From Hormiphora californensis (taxonomy: Eukaryota; Animalia; Ctenophora): a stretch of DNA of 64,000 nt. Numbering within the stretch: position 1 is the stretch's first letter; every line of letters begins with the position of its first letter. A program made the position numbers and the translations under genes. This document shows, in pieces, positions 1-11,448 of this stretch. The stretch is taken from the NCBI GenBank assembly GCA_020137815.1, contig CM035360.1:2542001-2606000 (forward strand), read 5' to 3'. A model generated the notes under the pieces. The model saw only the letters and a list, made by a program, of their open reading frames with translations. It searched no databases and was not told the DNA's origin.

Positions 1-261
1 AAATATCGGATTACCATAGGTGTGTATGATCGCAAGCTTCCCCTCGTCCGATCCGAAGTTGGGGTTTTGAGTAGCGATGAACTACCCAAAATGATATAAA
101 AGGCCTACTTATTTTGCAAATTCCCTGGTTGCTATGGTAACCAACAACAACGGTCAATATATGTTTGTTAAAGTTTTGGGCTACATAATTGTAACAGCTC
201 TCAACCATGCAGCCAATCAATTGTATCTGGGCAGTGTAGTTTCAACATTTCGCTCTCTCAG

Positions 262-912
262 GTTGTGCCGACCTGCAGGAAAACTCTTTATACCATCTGA
301 AAATGACGCGAACCAATGACACGGTCTACTCTGTAACTTGTCGGAATGCTACCTTGAAGCCATCCCACACAGAGATCAAGTGCAGCGATGGAACCTGGTC
401 TCCTCTACCATCTGATATAACATGTGAAGGTAAGATATCAATATCAAGTCAAGGAAGATTCGAAAATTTCTCAGCTATTTCTGTCCCGCACGGGGTGCCT
501 CCCTTACTTGCGCACGCAAAAGAGGGAATATCAAGTGCCACAACTAGCTTGTTCCATAACAATCAATCACCATTTTCAATCCCAAACCACTATATCCATT
601 CCCATCTTCTGCTGATGTTATTCCAACCTATCCTGCACTAATCAACTATCAAGTGTCCTAACAATAAATCACTATTTCCAATATTTATCACCCAAACATC
701 TCTTTACAGCTGACGTTGTTCCAACCTGCCCTCCACCGGCCAACTACACTGACTACTACTTCACCCCTCTCAACTCAACTGCATACTTGGTCACGTGCAA
801 CAAGAGGAAACAAGTCCCCCTACCTGGCCCTGTGATCTCATGTGATACAACTGGTGGAGTTTGGAGTCCGCTACCACGTGATATTACATGTGGTGATGTA
901 GGTAAGTTATAG
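262..912 (+). CDS. Partial gene encoding tandem sushi/CCP-like domains (exons ~262-429 and ~710-901), antisense inside the ValRS locus
   Basis: Two AG/GT-bounded phase-1 exons translate to CADLQENS...VTCRNATLKPSHTEIKCSDGTWSPLPSDITCE and CPPPANYTD...VTCNKRKQVPLPGPVISCDTTGGVWSPLPRDITC. Both show the 4-Cys + C-x-x-x-G-x-W-S-P pattern of sushi domains. The start lies outside the window. Confidence 0.7.
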
Positions 913-1089
913 TGGTGTGGGGGTAAGTACTGTTAACTGTGTAGTTACTAAATAATTACTAAATAATTACTAATTAGTTGTTGTTGTGGGTCAAACAAAA
1001 CAGTTGGGGACTGATTTTGTTTGACACCAAATCACACCAAACAAACAGTCAGACAGACAAACCAACAGACAGACAAACACTAACCTACG

Positions 1090-4000
1090 ACGGAGAACTG
1101 AATTCCCTCAGGCCGTTCCCCAATTAAACTCCTCTTGAGAGGCGTGTACTGATCCCCAAGCTGCATTTTAGCGAACTTTGTAGCATTCCACAACTTGTTA
1201 CAGAACTTCCTATACCCTTCTATCCTCAACACATCCAGGTTCATGTCTCGGGCCTGACGGGGGGGGGGGGGGGGGGGTGAGGGATAGAGAGAGATAATGG
1301 CGACCATTTACGACCCATGGGCCTAGCGGTGGTTCATATATTTCCAGTTAGGGGGAGGAGGGGCAGATAAGAGGCTGGATGGGGAGAAAGGGACCTCTGA
1401 AATTAGTGAAGATAAGGGATCTATAGATAATTGATTTAGGAAGGTAATGGGGCAAAACCCCGACCCTTTCGTGGAATTTGGTTTTGGAATTATGGGTTAA
1501 TTTGGTTTCCAATGAAGCGTCTTCTGATTTTATTGTGTATTTAGCACAGAGAGGAAAGATAATCTCTTTAAAGGTTGACAAGATACCTAAAACTTTTCGT
1601 ATATCGTCTTATTTTGATTTATCATTAATTTTCAGTATTTTTTCAGAATTTTTTGTCGGCTAGAATTATGTGCAAAATAGGGGGTCTACTGACAAATGAG
1701 TGTGCCTTTTTTAAAATTGATACCGTAATATCTCCGGTTCCTGATGAGATACAGAAACCGTTTTGGTAGCGTTGGAAAGGTCTTATTGAGACCAATCCAA
1801 CGCAACCAAGATCAAGTCTTTATCTTTTGAGGAACCGGAAACGTGAATTTCAATTTGCGAGACGCAGTGAGTGTGCCCAGTAAAACCAGTGCTGACAATA
1901 TCGGTAGACCCCCTATTTCGAATTTTTTTCTAGCCGACAAAAAATTCTGAAAAAATGCTGAAAATTAATGATAAATCAAAATAAGACGATATACGAAAAG
2001 TTTTAGGTATCTTGTCAACCTTTAAAGGGAGAGATATTGTATTGAGGGTGTTGTCCAACACCCCCCCCCCCCCAAAACATTAATCATGATACCATCAAGT
2101 TGACCAGATCAGCTGTTTGAATTAGGGACCCCTGGGTTGCCATGCCGACAGACTAGCAGCTAGGGACAAGTCAACCCCAGGGCGATGAAGTAGAACAATA
2201 GTATGAACTACCCTCAAGATACCAAATCAGATCACAGGTCATTGGTAAATATAGGTGGTGTAATTGCTTGGGGTACTGAGTATATATCCATGACACAATA
2301 TAATCAATAATCATCCCAGCGCATCAAACCAAACACCGCCGTGTGAAGTGAGATAGATACACTAACTAAGAGAGAAGTTTTCATTAAATCCTAGTTGAAC
2401 CTGGCGAATCACCTGTATTAGCGCAGCGAATTGTTTGGTGAAAACTGAAAGCTGGTTGGGAGCGGCCAGCAGGTTTCTCCGCACGAATTTATTATGGGGG
2501 GTACATAATTTAACCTACCATTGTAAGGAAGGAACAGAGAGAGAATCTCATAGCGTCAGTACCACACTCAGGAATTCCGTTGGGGAACAGTTGAGATTGG
2601 CCAGCTCGAGCTCGTACCAGCTCTTCTGGCTTGAGGTATCTAGTAACGATGATGTGGTGAGGCGAGAAGGTCACCTTTACTTATACCGCCAGAGTAATAG
2701 GTATGATAAACATTAAACTCGAACGTAAAACTTGCTATTTCCCTACATAATTCCCACCCATAACTATTACCCCACCCGGCCCAAACCTGATTTGGATTTA
2801 CCCATTATCGATAGCCTTGTGAAGTTCATCCAGTCCAATACCGTTCACGATAAACAATGGGTCCACTACGTTACCCAGACTCTTGCTCATCTTCACACCT
2901 AGTGGTGAGATTGTTACTTTAACTAGTTGGGAGAGAGAGAGCAGAGGTGAGATTGTTACTTTAACTAGTAGAGAGAGCAGAGGTGAGTTTGTTAAGTTTT
3001 AACTAGAGAGAGAACCATAGTTCTCCAACTCACCATGGGCATCCCTGATCATAGGATGAAGATACACATCTTTGAAGGGAAGCGTGTCTGTCAGCTCCTG
3101 TAGAATTGGTAAGTTAACTGATTAGACAATTGGTAATTTAATTGATTAGATAATTGGTAATTTAACTGATTAGATAATTGGTAATTTAATTGATTAGATA
3201 ATTGGGGAGCTATTGAGTTGGGTAATTGGTTAGATAGAGGGGTAAAAAAAGGTGTAATGATGTATCATAATAATCATAGTGGAGTTTGATGTTTGAATAT
3301 ATTATACCACTAGCCCAGCAGACACACAGGATGTGGTTACCTAAAGCTATCAGTACTGTATTTTATTGAATTTAACCCAACGGCCGGGTAATAATTAATG
3401 CGATTAGGAAATGTGGCACCTGGGTGTGTGCCAAAAAGTGCGGGCACGTCATTTTTGGTGGACCTTATCTTAAAATAGCTGGTGTGCTGTCTAGACTGGT
3501 CAGTTCAACAAGTGGTTGTCTGACTGTGTCTGCTTCGACCTTAGAACAGCAGTTTGGAAATGGTACAATTATTGTGGCTAACCATGTGAAATTAATGGAT
3601 AAATTACAGGGTGAAAGTTATTATGGTTTGGTGCTCTTTCAGCAGGGCAGGGTTAGGATCCAGGATTTCGATTCCTGCTATTTTCTAAACCCCCCCCCCC
3701 CACATCTAGAAGTCTAGAGTCCTATAATAATATCAGTCTCGGATTCTCCTATAATACTGTTTTCAGTTCCTAAGAACATCCACCAAACTCCTATCGTACT
3801 TCTCCCTAGCCCCTCTTTATCTCCCAATTTCAGCTCCCCACGACTTTCTACAATTGGTATCTAAGTTCCTGAGAACCCCAAATTTATCATTCTTTCCCCA
3901 TGACCTCCTTTGCCTTGTTCGACCCTCTCTATCTCGCCATGACTTTCTACAATTGGTATCTAAGTTCCTGAGAACCCCAAATGTTTAATTCTTTTCCTTG

Positions 4001-7000
4001 AGACCGTCTCTTTTTTTCATTGATAACAAGTGAAAAAGAAACGCGGAAAATTCAGCTGAGTAGGAACCTGTGACCCAAAAAAGATATCATTAAAAGTGGC
4101 AGGAATGTGAAATCTCTAATGTACGAAACAAATACAGTCGGACCCCGAGCATCTTGGTAAATCGGGGTCCGATTGTAACAAATTTGGGACACATGGAACT
4201 AGACGATATTTCGTGCTGTATTACGCTCCAGTTGCAGATTGGAGGCTGGCTCCAGTTTCTGGCGCCAGCCTCCAGTCTGCAACTGGCGCAAGCTGGGAGA
4301 GTCCCTGTGCGCGCCAAATCTTCGTTGACTAGCAGGGTTTTCGATGTGAATTGCATGTAAAGTAGCGCGCACGGCAGTGTCAGCAGTGTCAGCAGGGGCC
4401 TGCTTCATTGTAACTAACGTCAGTCGCAAAATCTCTAACTGGACCCTAATAGTTATAGCTCCACGTGTCATGATAATTAACACCTAATTAACACCTAATT
4501 AACACCTACCAGGCCCATCATGACCATCCGTAGCGACCCAGAAGAAGAGAATATCATGTCCAGTTTCCAGGATGTTATTCGGGGTAAAACAGGAACATGT
4601 CCGGGTTCTTGTCAGGCCATCCCATGGTGGAGAAGGGAAGATACCAGAACTAAACCACGTGTCTAGCACATCTTCATCTCTCTTCAGGGTCACATCTAGA
4701 TTGGGATATATCTTGTTATTCTCCTTTATTACATTTGTGGGGCATTTGTGCGGGGCGCGGTATGACAGGGTCATATCTGGATAGGATAATAATGAGGGGA
4801 TAGATTGCTGCAGTTGTCCTAGATAGTATAACGAAAGATACACAAAGATACCCAAATACATCCAAAAGCTATTTCCATTTTGGAAGATCACTTACCCTTC
4901 TCAGGGACATTGAACTTCTTCGCAGCTTTGGTCCTTGCCTCAGCCTCATTGTGAGCTGAGACCCACATTTTGTTGTCCAGATCGTCACTCTCCTTACCCG
5001 GCAGGGACACCTGTGAACAGGGTTATGGGTGGCTCACATGAAAGACTTTCCTCTCCGAACAGCGTTCGCGATATTACAATCATGTAGCATGACAAGGTTA
5101 TAACCTTGTCATGCTACATGATGGTTAATTAATATTTAGGGCTCTATAGCTGCTGTGTTGAACAATATTAGCCATTAGATTCAAGTGTGTAACAGTGGTA
5201 GGACAATATTAGGTTCCAAATTGTTGACGGGCGAGTTGTACCTTGTATGCTGGTATCTGGTGACCCCACCACAGTTGTCGAGAGATGCACCAATCTCTGC
5301 AGTCATCAAGCCACGAGTACCTGTATATGGATAATAGAGATGATAATAGATGATGATAAAAAAAAGATGATACTTAATGGACAAGGGTAGGGAATAATGG
5401 GATGGCGGGGAAATGTAAATTGTAAGTAACGGATAAAAAATCCTAGTAAGTATTTGGTAAACCACATGCTTCGTGAACTGGCATAGGGAGTTTTTCACCC
5501 AAAATATCGCAGGTATACAATCTTGGTTTCAGCGGAATTGTGGGCGATCGATGAACATGGCAGAAGTATTTGAAACTAACGGGAGTTTTCCCAACAATAT
5601 AACGGTGGTCATTGATCAGATCAGGAACCGACCGAATCAGGAAATACTGGTCCCTGATTGGCTGATAACTAGTCACGTGACTTGTGTTGGTCGGTTCCTG
5701 GATCAGATATTCATTGTTGGCTGCGTGTTCGGTGTTTATTAACTTCAGGTTTGGTATTGTGTAAGTACAGTTATACACACACTCAAGACCTCAAGAGAGA
5801 GACAGAGACAGAGAGAGAGAGAGAGAGAGAGAAAGATGTTTTAGTTTTGTACATAACATTTTATTTGTTGAATCTAAACAACATGGCACTCGAACAAGTT
5901 CAACTGACTACAATACGCGAGGTAGGATACTAATTAAAACTATCCTTGCTGTTCGATACCTCCTCATCGCTACATTGTATGGTTCGCGGTTTAGGGCTAT
6001 ATTAGGGTTGAATTTCACCAAATCACCTGTACCAGAACGCGGACTGTCTGAACGCCCTTACATTTACCGCTTACTTCGCTGCGTATAACCAGGTCTCAAT
6101 TCGTCAGACTTAGTTTTCATTTTGCAGGTTGAGAGACTCGATGTGTCCAGTAACTCTCTATTTGAACCGGCTGATGACTCCCTCAAGAAGCCACTATGTG
6201 GAATACTAATGAAGGCACCTTTCTTCGACCAAAAGAATTATGAGAAGGTGAGGTAAAACAGACTGCAGCACCTGTCTGGCGCCGCCAGACACTACGCTCA
6301 GATCGGGTCGGCGCCGCCAGACACTGCGCTCAGATCGGGTCGGCGCCGCCAGACAGCCCAAGACCTGGCACAGAGTTTCACTTTTTTCATGTTTTGCCCA
6401 GCGTACGAGTTTTACTTTTGCAGGGTACAGGATTTCGCCGCAAGTGGACCATGAAAATGTTCAAGTTTGACAGTGACAGCGGGGTGTTGTCCTACTGTGA
6501 TGCAACGTCTTATCAGGTTGGTATTGAGAGGGATACTATTAGGGACTATCAGGATACTATTAGGTTCAGTATTGAGGGACAGGGATTACTGACTAGGGAC
6601 TATCAGGTTCGGTATTGAGAGGGACTAGGGACTAGCTGACACAATTTTAGTAGTCAGGATTGAGAGGGACACTCAACTGTTCTTTTCTACCTCACATCTT
6701 AGTTGAATTCTAGCTAATGCCGCGCCTCTCTTATCTATCTCATGAATTATCTATAGTACGTGGCGGCGTAGTCATGTGGAGATGCAGCATGCGTGAAATG
6801 CATGAAGGGCCCCTCCTCTACACCAGGAACCGACCGAACCAGGAAATACTGGTCCCTGATTGGCTGATAATCAGTCACGTGACCTAAATAACGAGTTCTG
6901 ATTGGTTGTTTACTTGTGTCGGTCGGTTCCTCCACTGCACCTTCTTTTCTGAGAAAGTATCAGCTTGATTTCCTAGTGGTGTTGTTGGCCATTCCGAGAA

Positions 7001-7015
7001 TTGGAAGATGCTGAT

Positions 7016-7075
<60 letters not shown>

Positions 7076-10000
7076 TGTGCTAATGAATAAATTTTATTGT
7101 AAGGTTTTCTTGGTTTCTTAGCTTCAGGGGTCACTGGTAAAAAATCGGCAGATAAACTCAAATGGGGCATTGGGGCGTTGTGGAGGGGGAGGTGGCAGAG
7201 ATGAGCTGCATTTTAATCTCATTAAATGATAAGTATCGGCCCAAAAATTATTACGATCCTCTCAGCCAGTTTTCTTTTTGTCCCAGATCCCCAGCTCTTA
7301 TCTGATCCCCACTGCTGTTCCTGTGATTTCCTTCCCCCCAATAAAGTGGCCCCAATTCCCTTCTGATCCCCTACTATGTTGTTCCCCTCTTATCCCGCTC
7401 TTCCCCCCCCCCCCAGAAAAGTGGCCAACTGGATGCAGCTGAACCCTCAGTCATGTTGGGCAAGTGTCAGTACTTCCATGTTAGTGCCGGGGCACTGTGT
7501 GAAAGTGATCCGGAACAGGATAACATCGAGAAGTGCCAGTTCGTGTTCAAGTGAGTAATGCCCAAATATGGTATGAAACAGTGTTATACAAGCCCAAATA
7601 TGGTTTGACTCAGTGCACTGGAACACATTCCCAAATATGGTATGACCTATAATTCCCCTTATTAGGATTGATGGTTTGACGGGAGTGCACAACAAGACCC
7701 TCTTTCTTGCAACTTTTACCCCGGACGACCGCCTCAAATGGGTTACCAGGGTAACGAACTATGTGCAAAACAGGCAGCTTGAAAGGAACAAAGTTGCAGA
7801 GTATCGGAGATTAAAAAACACTGTTGCTGTACAGGTATTATTGTTACTCAGATCATGCCCCAGCTCCCCTAGATATACCATATCATGCCCCCTCCGCGGT
7901 ACCACCCCTCGGTACACCAATGCAGGCATCATACCCCCACCTATCATCCCTCCATCTACCCCGGACCCCCATCTCTCTCCATCTACCCCCACCTCTCTCT
8001 CTCTCTCTCCATCTACCCCCACCTCTCTCTCTCTCTGCATCTACCCCACCTCTCTCTCCACCTACCCCCTCACCTATCATGCCCTCATTTCCTACCCCCT
8101 TCCCCCACACAGGATGAGAGGATAAAGAGTTTACAAGGAGAGATGGACACCATGGTTAAACTATCCTCATACCTCAAATCTCAGGTCAGATAATACACAT
8201 ACATTAGGATCAAATATCAGGTCAGATCATACACATACATTAGGATTTGAAATTAGTCATAGGATTGAGGCCAAAGGTCCTGTTTAGATTATTTTGATTT
8301 GAATCAATGTAAGATTTTAGGGCGGTTATGGCTTTTAGGTCTGACACCCTTTCATAATCAACATATCCTTCTACTGCAATTGGTAACGAATTTACCCCCT
8401 CCCTTGCCAGCGCGCCTGGGAACCTGACTTTAGAGGAGTTATATTTCGTAACTAACTACTGTAACAGGTGAAGAAATATCAACTTGTGGCCCAAAAGATG
8501 AGGGAAGATAACGAGGTGCTGCTGGAGAAATTAGAAGTGGTTTCTAAGGAGATTTCAGGGCTGCGGACGACACTGAAAGATACAAATCTCAGCTCTCTAC
8601 CACTACAATCTTTAAACTTGGGGGATGGGTCGGATAGCAACTCCCTAAATCTCAATATTTCTAGTTCCCCAGAATTTGAGAGTCCAGAGGTAGGTAGCTG
8701 CTAAACAGGCCTCACAAAACCACGTGATTGGTGAGGGCAACTTCCTCAGCCCTCTATACCCCATGTTCAACTTATGTCATATCTGACGCACCATGCATGT
8801 AGAAAATAAAGTTCACGTCACATGAATTGTTTTTTAACCCAAGATTTATGTTACTCCCCCCCCCCCCCCCCATTTTACTCAATAATATCGTGCTTCCCAT
8901 TTCAGGTTGAATATTTGGAACAGTTTAGTCGGTATTTGGATGTCAAGAGGAATGACATACTACGGCGGTCAGGCAGGGCTGGAAAACGTAATAATGATCA
9001 TACCCCGACCAGAACCTCAGAGCTGCTACGGAACATGGACCAGATGAAACAGCAGGGTGGGTCGTCAGCTGGTGGTGGTGGTAGTCCATCTAATGATTTG
9101 TCGGGAACAAAGCGAACAAATGTGTGAAAATATTAGGAGAGAGAGCTTGGATAGTTCGGGCAGAAAGACAGATTATAGCGATATAATGGGCATTGTTTGA
9201 TCTGAGAATTAAATGTTGCTGTTATATTTTAGTTCTGACAGTTTCAGGGATATAGGTAGTTGTCTAAATTTTATACAAACGATAATATTGTACCAAATTT
9301 GTTGCTACAGGAAAACTTTAAAAAATCCACAAGTTCCTGTTCCTACCACTAATAGAAAGAGGTAAGGTAGCCTGAACATGACATACATACTCACCAAATC
9401 TTGTCAAACTGGCTAGGATATAGTTTTAGATCGCCATCCTGTACTTTCTTGATAGATCGGGCTGCCATATCTTTACAGTTAACCCACCTGTACAGGGGTG
9501 TGTTAGATTAATTGCCTTGCTCGACCCTGTTTCGATGGGTTTCTGTCTGGCGCCGCCGACCCCATCTGAGCGCACTGAGAATCAAATTGGGGTATGGCGC
9601 CGCCATACAGATGGGTTTGAACAAAACAAAGAGAACTCGACCCCCACTCCCACATTTAATATTACTGATTACACCCCCACGCCCCACACCTACCATTGAG
9701 GTTTTAGCATGGGCTCCACGATATCCTTGCTTCTATCACAAACAGGAATCACCATGTCGTGGTTCTTGCACTCTACATACAGGCCCATCTCCTGGATGGC
9801 ACGGCGAACTGCCACTCGGGCATCAAACCGTCTCATACCGGCAAAGAGGGGCACCACCTGCAGGGGGATGGGAGAGAGGTTAAGGGCAGGGCATCGAACC
9901 GTCTCATACCGGCAAACAAGGGCACCACCTGCAAGGGGATGGGAGAGAGATTTGGGTCGGAGCTTCATCAATTATATGGCGTCAATGGGGGGGGGGGGGG

Positions 10001-11172
10001 TCAATTCGACAACCAGACTTTTATAGGGTAGTCAGAAATAATCAATAATTAACTACCTCATTAACCCTAACAGTATTAGTTACTAGTTAATTACCTCATT
10101 CTACTAATTAATATACCTCATTAATGAGCCCCTCATCATTGATGCACTCCACAAAAGGAATCTTGTGCCTCATTCCAACCTCGTAATCATTGAAATCATG
10201 GGCAGGAGTGATCTTGACACACCCCGTCCCAAACTCCATGTCCACAAATGTGTCACACAGTACCGGGATATCACAATTACGGAAGGGGTGTCTCACACTC
10301 TTTCCGTGAAGGTGCTTGTATCTAGGAGAGGGGAAGCTCAGTTTGAAAACCATCCAGCCAATATAAGTACACCCTGATTTACCGGGCAAAACCCTTTCCC
10401 CTGAGCGGCGAGCATCCCAGTAAATCGGGGTCCGACTGTATAATAATCCCACAAAACCAACCTGGTATCATCAGGGTGAACTGCCACCGCTGTATCTCCC
10501 AACATTGTTTCCAATCGTGTGGTTGCCACGGTTACCGTTTCATCTGTTGTCCCGGTAACACGGTACTTGAATTCCTCAATGATACCAACCTCAACGGGGT
10601 CAATGTAACCTGTGTGACAAAGTGGTGTTTAACCTTGGCTCCCAAAAATAATAGTTCTATTTTAGATAAATGGCATGTTTTAGAGTTGTTCAAGTTCTGT
10701 TTTGTCTCGGCTAAGGTTTCAATTTTTATTGAAATGCAGCAGTGAGTTTCAGTGTGCGGGCGTTTCAATTGAAGTTATTTAGCGGTGTGGCAATTACTAA
10801 CCCGGTACTTTGATGAGTGTTCTTCCCTTCACTTCCACCTTGTTCACCTCAATATCCGAGATAGCACTCTTTAGTGCACAACTCCAGTTCACCAGTCGAT
10901 TCTGCCTGAACAGGGCGAATAGGATTTAGAAGGGTTAGGGGGTGGCATTTGGAAAAATATGGCAAATGGTATAAATACCACTCGCCTGGCCCCGGTCTAA
11001 GAGAGTTCTTCTAGATTTAAAGCGGGTGTCTCACCTAAAGATGAGCCCTTTCTCGTGCATGTTCACAAAGGCTTCATTGACGGCTGTACACATCTTCGGA
11101 TCCATGGTAAAACAGGCCCTGTCCCAGTCGTAACTTCCACCCATGGCTCCTGGAGAGAGAGAAAAATAGAGG

Positions 11173-11235
<63 letters not shown>

Positions 11236-11377
11236 AGATAGGAAGAGAGTTAAGAGTTGTCATAGCTTGTTATGTTCTAACCCTCTCTTTACATTTGTAA
11301 GACAGTCTAGCTTGGCAAGTCATAGCGAGTGCCCTGAAGGACAATTTGATTGAGAGAGAGACAGAGAGAAAGAGACT

Positions 11378-11448
<71 letters not shown>

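Noticed and set aside
1736-1760. CTGATGAG...GAAA resembling a hammerhead ribozyme core (also CTGATGAG at ~54875)
   Set aside because: No convincing stems I-III or cleavage triplet could be built by eye.
2900-3205. Short tandem repeats at ValRS intron edges (GGTGAGATTGTTACTTTAACTAG x3; AATTGGTAATTTAACTGATTAGAT x4)
   Set aside because: Ordinary intronic slippage repeats with no coding content; noted only as background to the exon-edge duplication finding.
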